In this document: positions 1 to 10,976 of the stretch, piece by piece
How the letters are laid out: the number at the start of each line of letters is the position of its first letter
How positions within the stretch are numbered: position 1 is the first letter of the stretch
Origin: Centroscyllium fabricii
Lineage: Eukaryota
DNA: 64,000 bases
Direction of reading: 5' to 3'
Assembly (NCBI GenBank): GCA_051313645.2
Contig: JBNRSN020000002.1
Coordinates: 37,882,001 to 37,946,000, forward strand
Translations under genes and position numbers: made by a program
Notes under the pieces: model-generated
What the model was told of the DNA's origin: nothing
Databases searched by the model: none
What the model saw: the letters and a program-made list of their open reading frames with translations, nothing else

Positions 1-239
1 TTTCATGTTTAGTGTTTTCTGCAAGCATGTGCTATTTTGTTTTGTTTTATCTGTTCTGTTCATGTTTAGTGAAGTGATTGAGGGTGTAAGATTGAAACAG
101 GAAAATTACACCACTGAATGTGAATTTTCAAAACTTTCTAGTGAAAGCCAGGAAAGTGTAGTTACGAATAGTAAATTGATCGCTTTCGCTTGGAGACATT
201 TGTGTCCCTGCCTACAATTAACTTTTTAAGAAAACTGAA

Positions 240-1875
240 TTTGATAGTGTGGCCACTACCCAAGACATCAGCACCATGCAGAGGAAAATGAGCAAAGATC
301 TCCAGAAGGCTACAATCTTTTGATAAGATACCTGCAAGTCCGAGAAAGGCTTGTATCAGATGACACGTGTGGCACGATATTAAGATACCGTATGGGTGTG
401 CAAATGTGATTCGTTACATATGAGGCAATTACCATCCGGGAATGTATGTTGAATTTGCACTGAAAAACGGCTCTCAGACATGCTCAGTTACTTGACGACA
501 GCAAGACATGAAATAGTTAATATGGCTCAGGAGAGTGAGACAACCTTTAAAGCATTGATGCATACTCCATCGAGAAACTATCTAATTAATGAAACAATCA
601 GAATAGAGTTAGATACACTGGTACCTGTTAGAGAGATTGAAATTGAAGTTGAAGGGGAGAGTTACATGAAATTTGGATTGGGACAATTGAGGCTAAGGAG
701 AAATCATATTAGCAAGAATTATCCATACGATGGATACAAGTAAAAGAGAGATCTGGAGAATAATTTAAGTCCATGATTTGTTGATTGGATGTTAAACTGT
801 AATGTCACTTGAAATGATTGTAAGACTGAATTTAACTATGACTGTAATAATTGTGTTTTGGAGGTAACAGAGCGTGGAAAAAACAGTACGAATCCAGTAT
901 GAGGTGGTTTTGGTGGTGCCTCTGTGTCACTACGACTGCTTTACGGGTCTAACAGGACCTGTCCCATCAACCGACATTTTTAAGTATGAGCTGCACAATT
1001 ATGTGACACAATTCGGATACAACATTCCCTGTTTTTTGAGGGTTTCAGTGAGCTCATGATGTGACTGAACTCCTCCCTAAAGCATTTTTATGTTTTGGAG
1101 CAAGAAAACACGAGATTAGATATTGAAATTGAAAGCATAAGGGACAACTCACACTGGTGGAATATTGGGCTTATTTTATCAGCACATCCTTAGGTTTGTA
1201 GTGCATGCAGGCCTGAAGAACCACGCTGGAGACAGTGAGATTAGATAACACTCATTTATTGCTTTACTCTGCAGGGACCAGGTAGCGAAGAGAGTGAGCT
1301 ACCTGGAACGGGCTTATTTAAAGGGCCCGCGGTTGGTGACGTCACCACGCCGGAAGTCACGGTGACGTCATCACGTCACCCGATGGGCGGGGCCGTGCCC
1401 CGCAGTACTCCCGAGGTGGATTCGATGGTCTTGGTGGGCGTGTCACCACAGGTTCGTATTATTTCACACGCTCTGGTAGTTCTCCAACTTGTAATGATTT
1501 TGTATTTGATATATATAACCCATGTAGTTAGACTTTGAACTATGTATGATCAGAAGTTTGATTAAGATTTACCCAGTTAAACACCAATGGTAGGGAGTTA
1601 CAAATTGTTAGGACTAATAATACAACACAGGGACAAACATGGAAATTTCTCCTTGGGTTAGGATAATTCCCCATATACTGGTCATATCCCACCTTGTAGT
1701 AATGATGTGCTTACTATTCTACACCTGCTACCTGAAACACCTAATGCACGAAACACGATCACCTTTAAATATGATCACAGCCTTGTATATCTTAAAGTTA
1801 CATAAATGTGGGAGAATAAACCCGTATATAAGATTTAATTTTGAGGGGTCGGCAAATGCCTCACCCTCAAGGTAG
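240..1875 (+). pseudogene. Degraded env-like / membrane glycoprotein region of an LTR retroelement (5' part outside window)
   Basis: Fragmented frames give NNCVLEVT...CLCVTTT, then LNSSLKHFYVLEQENTRLDIEIESIRDNSHWWNIG (heptad-like segment plus Trp pair) and a hydrophobic segment HP*VRIISHALVVLQLVMILYLIYI, split by the solo LTR at 1197-1450. A similar segment recurs at 1639-1875 (SPWVRIIPHILVISHLVVMMCLLFY). It lies directly upstream of a purine tract and LTR. Confidence 0.55.
1197..1450 (-). mobile_element. Solo LTR related to the CsRn1-type Gypsy LTRs (elements C and G)
   Basis: TGTAG...CCACA termini and 4-bp TSD GGTT (1193-1196, 1451-1454). Shares TATTTAAA..CCGCGGTTGGTGACGTCA with the LTRs at 19094 and 23285. 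Confidence 0.9.
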
Positions 1876-3340
1876 GGATCTGTAGGACAGGGTGTATCTG
1901 TATGATTTAGTAAATATTATTAAGATTCTATAACCATTTTTGTATAACTATAATATGTGAAATTATATGTTAAAAACCTAAAAGCCTGCATAAAATGGTG
2001 AATGGTTGAGACCAAAGCAGGATGGGAAATTATGCCAACCTGACTAATAACCACTGTTTTAGATCACTGAAGTAATGGAATGTTGTGCTGGATCAACATA
2101 GAGACTGGCGAAGATGAGGAATTCAGGAATGTTTTGTTTAAAGAGACAAGAACTAGAGAGAGAGAGATACGAGGTGGAGACATCCTTCATTGGTACAGCT
2201 GTAGAAAACATTTTAAGAAATGATCTGTGAAAAGTGAACATCTAAGATAAGGGTACTTTGTTGTGCACAGAAAGAGATCTAGTGGGATTAACAAAGTCAT
2301 AAGATGGTTAACGAAGGAAGCAAGACTTTTACTAGGTGTCAGAGGGATAATTACTGCCACGTAGGCAAAATGGGAGTAAAAAGGATATGTGAAGGAATAA
2401 GCCATTTACCTATTCAGAAAAATACACCAGTCTATGAAAAAATTCTGGCCTTATTAAAACATGACAAACTCGGTCTGGAAATCTGGAAGCCTCAACAATC
2501 TAAAACTGTTACAGCATTCTGGTAATAGAGATAAGATAAGTTGTTGACACTGAATCAATAACCTTATTGAAACAGGAGGTTGAAGCTCCCGACAGTCTGA
2601 ATCTTTGGGGGCAGACAATGGTACATCCTGCTTAATGTATTCTAAGTTGCACTTTGTACGCCTTCATAAAAATGACATCAAGTAAAAAAAAGACCTGCTG
2701 CCACACTGTTTTTGTGTTAAGCTTAAGACACCTACACAGGAGACATAATTCTGTGTTACAACCAGCTGAGGTGGATAAGAATTGCATAGATCACCCTGGT
2801 TGAGGTGTTTTAATTTACACTTCGTAAAGAGACACCAACAGAAGGCCTTGGTAGAGATGTCATCAAGTGAAATGCATCTGGTGTTACACCATTTTCAATG
2901 ATAAGCTTTGAACACCTAAGGTAGAGACACAATTCTTAATGTTACCAGCTGAACTGACTGTAAGAATTGCAGAAGTCAGCAGAAAAATGACTAGAGATAA
3001 TTAACTTACATTAGCAGAACACCTCAAAGGAAATACCATTGATAAAGGATATAAATATTGAACTTTCAAATGGGATGATAGTCTCACTGTAAAGGGGTAA
3101 AGCGATTCTCAGGCTTCAGAGGCGGCTCTGTAAGTCAATAACTCTTTGTACCTCGGGGATCAAAGTTATCAAAGGTATTTGATTTTGGTGGATATCCTGG
3201 AATAAGACTGAGAACTGTAAGACTGTAACAAAGTTAAGATTTGATAACAAGAATTGTTAGCCTACTCTTTTTGGAACTGTCAATGTTACGATTGAAACAC
3301 CTACTGTAATTACATGTCGGTTCTTTAATAAATCTATGTA

Positions 3341-4237
3341 CAGGTTGTGCACCATTAATCCGCCATGGGCGGGACCAGGCCCATGCCGGGAAACTGAAAA
3401 AAAACGGGAGAATGAAGTTGGACAATGCGCATGCGCGCACCATTCAAAATGGCCGCGCGCATGCGCACAACATTGGAAATGGCTGCCAACCGGCGAGCGC
3501 ATGTGCAGATCATGCAATAATGGCCGCCGCAAAGTTTTTTGACGGGCTCAGGCTTTTTTGGCGTTCCGTTTAGCTTTTAGGGCTGTCGGGCAGCAGTGAA
3601 AGGCCGGTGTTGCAGGGGGGGAAGGAGGGTTGTGTGGGCGGGGGTCGGGCCCAGTAGGTCCGCCTTCCCTCACCATTGCCTTTGGGGTTGCTGCTGCCGC
3701 CGAGCCGGTTTGTGACGGGAGCCCGGACTCGGGCTGACAGCTGCTGCCTGGTGACTGTCCGCCTCAGTCAAGGGGCTCAGCTGCTTGTGCTGAAACCGCA
3801 GTCCACTGTTGAACACACTAACCCTGCCCCTGTGAGTGGGCTGTGGATCGAGAGCAACTTGGAGCAACTTGGTTGGGGACTAGGTTAAAGGTTAAAGTAA
3901 CACTCGAGACATAAAAATCATAGGCTTCTTACAATTGTCCACCCCAGTCCAACACCAGCATCTCCACATCATGGTTTCAATTACACAGCTATCGAGAAAA
4001 TAACCGGCGGCCGTTTTGAATGATCTGCGCATGCGCTAACTGTCCGGCGACGCATGCGCAGATCATTCAAAACACCCGGCAGCCGTTTTGAATGATCTGC
4101 GCATGCGCTCGCAGATCATTCGCCAAAGCCGCGATCGCGGCTGCCATCTTGCGCATGCGCAGTGCAGTCGGGGCAATTTGTTCCGGCAGACTGAAGCTGC
4201 CGGCGTTTCGGGTCACGGATTTTCGGTGCACAACCTG
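3341..4237. mobile_element. Non-autonomous Tc1/mariner (Tigger/pogo-like) MITE
   Basis: TIR CAGGTTGTGCACC(4 nt)ATCCG at both ends (13 bp perfect), TA on both flanks (3339-3340, 4238-4239), no transposase ORF. Confidence 0.85.
3922..3973 (+). mobile_element. Penelope-like element terminal fragment
   Basis: TGTCCACCCCAGTCCAACACC..CTCCACATCATG matches the ends of the copies at 29256-29466 and 46299-46545. Confidence 0.7.
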
Positions 4238-5700
4238 TATTTTTAGAATTGTCTCACATAATACTTCTGTATCAAACTTGCAAACTCAATCTCTGTACAC
4301 TCTTTGATGAGGAGTTGCAGAATTCTGAGGGAGTTTTCCAGACCCTCATAATATCCGGAACATTACAGTCCAGCTAAACTTATTAAAAGTGCTATCTGGA
4401 GGATGGTAACATTCTCAGGTTGTTCCTTTCCTTTAGGGAGAGGTAGTCCGGACCTTTAGACACAATTAAGCGTCTTTAGGATTCAGCTACCTCAAACTTT
4501 AGACGAAAGTGAACGTCTGGGGAATATGCCTGATCCGGGGTAGCCCTATAGGGGCTAGGACTAGTAATTATCCTGGAGCACCGGAAGTAGTGCACCATAT
4601 AACCAGAGTTCAAGAAGCTTCAGTCAACAGAACACAGCAAGAACCCAAATAAGCAAGCTTCAGTCAACATAACACAGCAAGAAACATCAGGAGACTGTGC
4701 CACAGTCACTTGAAAGGAACGCCGGAGTTCGAATGAACAGACTGTGACTATCTTCTTGTTAAGTATTACTTCTTTGTACTGGATGTTTAATGTTAAATAA
4801 ACCTGTTTTACTTATCACAATGGCCCAGAAATTCGGCTCTGATCGCGTGATTACGCGTTGGGTACACACGCGTAGGCCCATCGAAAGTGCTGGTTTTATG
4901 CATGCGCAGCGCATGCGCGCGAAACCGGCACTTCCGATCCCCTGACAGAAGGGTTCAGAGGTCGGAACACATGCACTGGAAAGTCAGTGCGTGCGCATTG
5001 AAATGATGTGATTTTCTCAGTTGGTGCAGTGCGGGTAAGTCCCGAGCATTTGCACTTGTAACAAGCAGGAGTAAAGCTTCGGCAGCTGTCCGTAACGATC
5101 AGGAGAAGAACTTTTTCAGCAGTGGGGTTACTGAACGGATTGTGAAAGGGAGCAAAGTTATTTTCATAAAGTCTGAGGTAACTTTCCAACTTTAAAAATT
5201 TGTTGGGCCATGTTTTCCTGTGGCCCGTTTGCCGCTGGTGCGCGCTCCCAAGCACCCGCGGCGCACGCGCACGTACTTTTTTTTTTTTTTCTGACGGCAA
5301 TTTCCTGTGGGAAATGCCGGTTTTTTTTCCAGCGGAGGGGACGTCTTTTTTTTGGTGCGGGGTGCAAGCCACGCCCATTGAGGTTGGCTTTCCCCCCGCA
5401 CAAAACACAGAATCGGCCTGCGGGATGAAGAAGATCGGGTAGGGAAGCACCTTTTTTTTGGTTTTTTTCAGTTTCTAGGAAGCTGTTTTTTTTAAGTGTC
5501 TGCCTTTTCTGATGTTAGGGTTTTTTTTTGCTCCAGTGAAAAAAACACGTTTAATGTTAATTTTTTTTTGATTCCTTTGGAGATATTTGTCTGTGGTCTT
5601 TCAGCTTGTAAATGGGTAGGGTTTTATATTTTTTGGTGAAAGTGAAAAAAAACGGGGATTTGAACGCGATGTCAGCTTGTATGTATGACTTTCTTATTAT

Positions 5701-6537
5701 GGGCCAGAAATTCCGATGCCTAAAGCAGATGCCCACGGAGATGCCCATGAAAAATGCCCACAGATCCGAGATGCCCACGGATCCGAGATTTCCGATGCTG
5801 AGGGAGAAGGGCCCTCAGCATCAAACGCACGAGTGAGTTGCACCCAGAAATTGGGCTCCAAAAGGGTGCTTTTTTTTCTGTGATTCTGTGGGCAACGGAG
5901 CCCTCAGATGCACATGAAAAAAGCTGGAGTAACTCGTGGGTGAGGTAGAGAGAAACGTTCTTAAACAAGGTAAGTTACTTTTTTACCTTTAATTTTAGGT
6001 TTTAACAGTTTTGGGGAGTAATGTGGCCAGATCGGTAGTGTAAAATTTTTAAGTTAAAGTTTTTTTTTAAAAATTACAAATCCGATTTTAAGTTAATTTA
6101 CCTGTTTCAAATTGCTAATTTTTAAAGTTAAATTTCTGAATTTTTTAACTATCTAGCTGCAATAAAAAATCTAAGAGAAAAAATGGCAGACTTACCTAGC
6201 GTTTCTTCCTCTGAGAAGCTGCTGTGCCCGCGCTGCTCCCCGCCGAGTCTGTGAGTGCAGCTCCGCACTTCCCTGCTCTCACAAAGGTCCGACTCGGGAT
6301 CTGTGCGCATTTAAAAAATTTAAATTAGGGATCTGGGGGCGTTTTTAATTTAAATTTGGGATTTGTGGGCAGGGCATACACTGCGCACCTAGCGTGGCTG
6401 GACTGCCACGTTGCGAACGAAGGGGGCGGAGCCAATCGGAAATTCAGAGCATAAAAAAAGTCCGATGTTGGTGGGCTTCTTAAGTGCTCCGCATGGTCCT
6501 AGTTGCCCACCAACCGGCAAACCCGAATTTCTGGCCC
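5701..6537. mobile_element. Harbinger-family MITE, copy 1
   Basis: TIR GGGCCAGAAATTC / GAATTTCTGGCCC, TSD TAT, closely similar copy at 33630-34466. Confidence 0.92.
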
Positions 6538-6745
6538 TATGTTTGTTATTGGAAAATGATTTCGTGCCATGACAATCAGCAGGCGTGTGTGATGTGTTCC
6601 CAATCCGATACCGCACGTTGCCCGCCATAGCCCGAGGTGATTTTCTAGCCACTCACTTTTTAAAAATTATTTAACAACTATTTCCATTTTTTCCTTATAA
6701 GTACTTCTGTTTAAAGAGGAAGCCTGTGAGAGAGAAACAAGGTTA

Positions 6746-7557
6746 GTATGCAGGTGCAGCAAGTGATTAAGAAGGCCAATGGAATGTTGGCTTTCATTGC
6801 TAGGGGGATAAAATATAAAAATAGGGAGGTATTGCTTCAGTTGTACAAGGTATTGGTGAGATCACACTTGGAATACTGCGCACAGTTTTGGTGTCCATAC
6901 TTAAGAAAGGACATACTCACTCTCGAGTCAGTACAAAGAAGGTTCACTCTGTTAATCCCAGGGATGAGGGGTTGGACATATGAGGAGAGGTTGAGTAGAT
7001 TGGGACTCTACTCATTGGAGTTCAGAAGAATGAGGGGCGATCTTATTGAAACATATAAGATTGTGAAGGGGTTGGATCGGGTGGATGCGGGGAAGATGTT
7101 CCCAATGATGGGTGAAACTAGAACTAGGGGGCATAAACTTAGAATAAGGGGCTGCTCTTTCAAAACTGAGATGAGGAGAAACTACTTCACTCAGAGGGTA
7201 GTAAGTCCATGGAACATGCTGCCCCAAAAAGCTGTAGAAGCTACATCATTACATAAATTTAAAACAGAAATAGACAGTTTCCCAGTAGTAAAAGGGATTA
7301 AGGGTTACGGGGAGTGGGCAGGAATTTGGACATGAGTCTAGGTTCAGATGTGGGTAGTGGAGCGGGCCCAGGGACCGTGTAGCCTGATCCTGCTCCTATT
7401 TCGTGTGTCTAATTCTGTTAGATGCAGGAGATGCTTCTGTGATAGTAGGTTGGTTGTTAGGATCAGATCAGCCATGATCTTATTGAATGGTGGAGCAGGC
7501 TCGAGGGGCCGATTGGCCTACTCCTGCTCCTATTTCTTATGTTCTTATGTTCTTATG
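6746..7557 (+). mobile_element. 5'-truncated CR1/HER1-type LINE (ORF2 C-terminus plus 3' UTR)
   Basis: ORF 6748-7335 KKANGMLAFIARG...LEYCAQFW...RRMRGDLIETYKI and a (TTCTTATG)n tail. Confidence 0.92.
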
Positions 7558-7558
7558 T

Positions 7559-8106
7559 TTGAGAATGCTGTCCTGATGCTCTGTGAGATTTTGCTTCAGA
7601 TAATTGGAAACATCAGGGCACTGGAAAGAAGACGGAGGGAACAAGAAAGAAGACTGAGGAACCATCACCATCTCCTGATGAGGAGGAACTACTACCCTCA
7701 CCAGAGAGTGTACAGGGAGAGGCCGTCATTTGAGATGCGGTCGGAGGAGTTGTGTGTGAGGAGGCTGCACTTCAGTAAAGAGGCAATTGGCTGACTATGT
7801 GACATGTTGAAGGAAGACCTTCGAACACGCTCAAAGACCCGCACTGCCTTGTCAGTGAACATGAAGGTAACCACAGCACTGAACTTCTTTGCAAGTGGGT
7901 CATTTCAGGCAAGCACCGGTGACATAAGCAACATCTTCAAGAATGCTGCGAGGTCCTCCATTCACCAGGTCACAGATGTCATTTTCTGTAGGGCTTCAGA
8001 GTTCAATAACTTTGACTTGTCCACTCGCCATCAGAAGGAGATGGCCCTTGCATTTTATCGCATTGCTGGATTCCTCAAAGTGATTGGGGCCGTCGATGGA
8101 ACCCAT
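7559..8106 (+). pseudogene. Harbinger DDE transposase (HARBI1/DDE_Tnp_4-like), N-terminal part
   Basis: RVYRER...CVRRLHFSKE*, ALSVNMKVTTALNFFASGSFQ...FLKVIGAVDGTH, with one in-frame stop. Cut by Gypsy A just after DGTH. Confidence 0.9.
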
Positions 8107-9386
8107 TGTGGTAATCATATTACCATTGTATAGTTGTATTACACCACAGACCAATGTATATAGTGACTTGGTGTATTGTATATAGAACACTGTTGTTAGG
8201 CCAGGTCAGCCACACCTCTAACTCCTCCCCTCAGGTGGGAGCCTTATAGGTGAGGTCTGTCCTGCCCCCAGTTATTCTATGCCTGATGTTCGACTGGAGA
8301 CTAGCTCCATCTTTAAGCTAATAAAAGCCTATAGTTAAGGTAACTACTCGTCTTTAGTATTATTGACGATACGTCAATTTTATTAGCTTAACTTTTATAT
8401 GGACGGTCAAGCGTCAAACCAACAAGAACCAGCGTCAAACCAACAAGAACCAGAGGCGGCTATGGAAAGCCATGCAGTGAAACCGGACAGACTGGATGCA
8501 AATCGACAGGAACCAGACGCTGCTAACACCTTTGAAAAGTGGTTCGGCCTAGTCGAGGCCTACATGAGGGCCACAAAGGCAACGAGTGACAGGGACAAAC
8601 TGAAGGTCCTCTCGTCCAGAATCAGCAGCCGGGTATTCTCCTTCATCCGCGGCCTCACGACGTATACGGAGGCGGTGAAGAAATTGAAGGATTGCTACTT
8701 GCGCCCGGTCCACTGGCGACCAGACAACAGCGGCTTGGTGAGTCCAACGAACAATTTCTGTTGCCGCTTCAAGCCCTCGCTCGGGCCGTGACTACCAGCC
8801 ACATACGGCGCAGGAGGAGACGAATCTCCTCGTATGGGACGCATACGTGGCTGGAATCAGGTCCAACCAGGCCCGCGAGCGGTTACTGGAAAAGGACACT
8901 CTGTCACTGGAGGATGCGATCTCCATCTCCAACGCAGTAGACGGAGCGCGCCGCAAGCTAGAGGCATATGGCGGCCAAGGCCCACACGATACCCTTGATC
9001 ACTGGGTGGCCCCACGACAGGGTGAGAACCCCACAATAGCAGCGGCAGCTGCGAAGACGACGGCGGAGCGAAGATGCTACTTCTGCGGCCAGGGACAGCA
9101 CCCGCGAGCGAAGTGCCCCGTGAAGAGCACGACCTGCGAGCGATGCAGTAAGAAGGGACACTACGCCAGGGCCTGCAGATCGGCCCCAACGCACAGCTCC
9201 AGATCCAACAGCGCGGCCTGCGAGAGCTCCAAAGCCATCCCATGGCCCAAGGTAAACTGCCATTGCAGCGCGACCCAGCAGCGGTCCGGGGGTAAATCAC
9301 AGGCGCTTCTTTCTCCCATCCCGGTACGGTAGAGGCCGGCCACACGCACGGCACGGGCATCGCCACGCAAATGGCGGCCGAGGCCG

Positions 9387-9790
9387 GCCATGTGCGACCC
9401 CCCAACGCCGTCAACTCGCCCAGCGCGGTCCGCTGCATGCGAATCACGGGTGCCGCCATCTCGTCCACCACGGTCCGCCGCGTGCTAATCACGGGCGCCG
9501 CAATCTTGTTCTCAGCGGCCGGCCATGTGCGACTCCCCGGCGCCGCCATTTTGTCCTCAGAGGCCAGCCGTGTGCAACTCCCCGGCGTCGCCATCTTGTC
9601 CTCAGCGGCCAGCCATGTGCGACTCCTCGGCGCCGCCATCTTGCCCACCACGGCCCGCCGCGTGCGAATCACGGGTGCCGCCATCTTGTTTCCAGCGGCC
9701 AGCCATGTGCGACCCACCGGCGCCGCCATCTTGTCCACCGCGGTCGGCTGCGTGCGAACCACGCCACGGGCGCCGCCATCTTGTGCACGG
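9387..9790 (+). repeat. ~9 x 45-bp tandem array between gag and protease of element A
   Basis: Unit of the type GCCATGTGCGAC...GCGCCGCCATCTTGTCC.CAGCGGCCA, encoding 15-aa repeats like MCDSPAPPSCPQRPA. Confidence 0.85.
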
Positions 9791-10139
9791 CCCCAGCTAG
9801 CGGAGGGCCCCAATACACACACACACACACTTCGGTGTGGTGATATTGGCTATAACACCAACTATGTGTATGTACATGCCTTAGGGCGTGTCTACTCTTG
9901 CCCAGCCAGACTTGGGAGACCTGTACCTGGAGGACCTCGGGTAGGCCACGCCTCTGACCCTGGGGGTATAAAGGTCAGCACTCGTGGGTTCTGACCTCCT
10001 CTCTACTGTACTGTACTAACGATACCTGTGATCCCTTACGCTTGTTCTAAGTTTATTAAAGCCTATGTTAACTCGCTCTCTGACTCGAGTAATTGATGGT
10101 ATCAATTTAATAAACTTAGATCGTCGCTAAAATCCAAAA

Positions 10140-10976
10140 ATGGACCAAATTCAGGCTGTCCCGATCTTGGAAATTGATGCGACTGCTCCCGATGCCGAAC
10201 GCCGGTATAAACACTGGGAACAACAGCTAAGGAGCTATATCGACGAAGTGAAAAAGACCGCTTCAACTGATCAGCAGAAGAGCCGAATTCTACACTGCAG
10301 AATCAGTGCTGACCATTACCACCTCATCGAAGGGGAGTCAGATTACGAACAGGCCATGAAGAAGCTGAAAGAACACTTTGTGCCAGCAGCCAACGCTGTT
10401 CACTTAAGGCACTTGTTGACTCAGAGGGCCCAGAGCGCCGAGGAACCGGGCGCCAAATTCGTGAAAGAAATTTGTGCGCTGACCCGAGATTGCGCCCCTG
10501 GCCCCCTGACGGCGGACGAACACTACAACGAACTGGCACTGGACGCTCTGGTAAGAGGGGTATACTCCCCATATATCAGGGCCCGACTGCTAGAACGGGA
10601 TGAGCTAACGTTAAAAGAAGCAGCCTCCCTGATTGTAAATCTGGACAATGCAGATTGGAGATCCACCACGTATGGCCAACCAAGCGCGCCTACGTGGGCA
10701 TCCCCAGCCCCAACTCCTACCCCAGCGCTAACGGCAGCGGCAGGAAGAAGCAGGCCTGAAACCAACCAAAAGTGTTTCTTTTGCGGAAAAGCTAGGCACT
10801 CTAGACTGCGCTGCCCAGCCAAAGATGCTACGTGCTCGGGGTGTGGAAAGAAGGGGCACTATGCCGCGATGTGCCGCGCAATAGGGCAGAAAAAGAAGGC
10901 AGCCCCCGTCTGCAGCGGAGCGAGAGCGGCACCACGTTCCTACTACACGGAGGTAGATGACCGCGAGGGAGCATGA
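10140..10976 (+). CDS. gag: Gag of element B
   Basis: 278-aa ORF with CFFCGKARHSRLRC and CSGCGKKGHYAAMC zinc knuckles. Confidence 0.9.
   Translation: MDQIQAVPILEIDATAPDAERRYKHWEQQLRSYIDEVKKTASTDQQKSRILHCRISADHYHLIEGESDYEQAMKKLKEHFVPAANAVHLRHLLTQRAQSAEEPGAKFVKEICALTRDCAPGPLTADEHYNELALDALVRGVYSPYIRARLLERDELTLKEAASLIVNLDNADWRSTTYGQPSAPTWASPAPTPTPALTAAAGRSRPETNQKCFFCGKARHSRLRCPAKDATCSGCGKKGHYAAMCRAIGQKKKAAPVCSGARAAPRSYYTEVDDREGA

Noticed and set aside
4305-4817. Possible independent solo LTR (TGATGAG...CTTATCA)
   Set aside because: No TSD. Its TATA and AATAAA run naturally into the U5-like sequence beyond the Harbinger, so it is treated as part of the long LTR.
9330-9332. TAG ending gag of A as a programmed readthrough site
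   Set aside because: Sister element F has CAG (Gln) at the aligned position and A is otherwise degenerate, so a point mutation is more likely.
9387-9790. Regular repeats resembling a CRISPR array
   Set aside because: Tandem units without unique spacers, inside a Gypsy ORF, in a eukaryotic context with no cas genes.
8857-9994. Long alternative-frame and antisense ORFs (323 aa, 207 aa; also 58216-59295)
   Set aside because: By-products of stop-poor GC-rich tandem repeats, with no recognisable domains.
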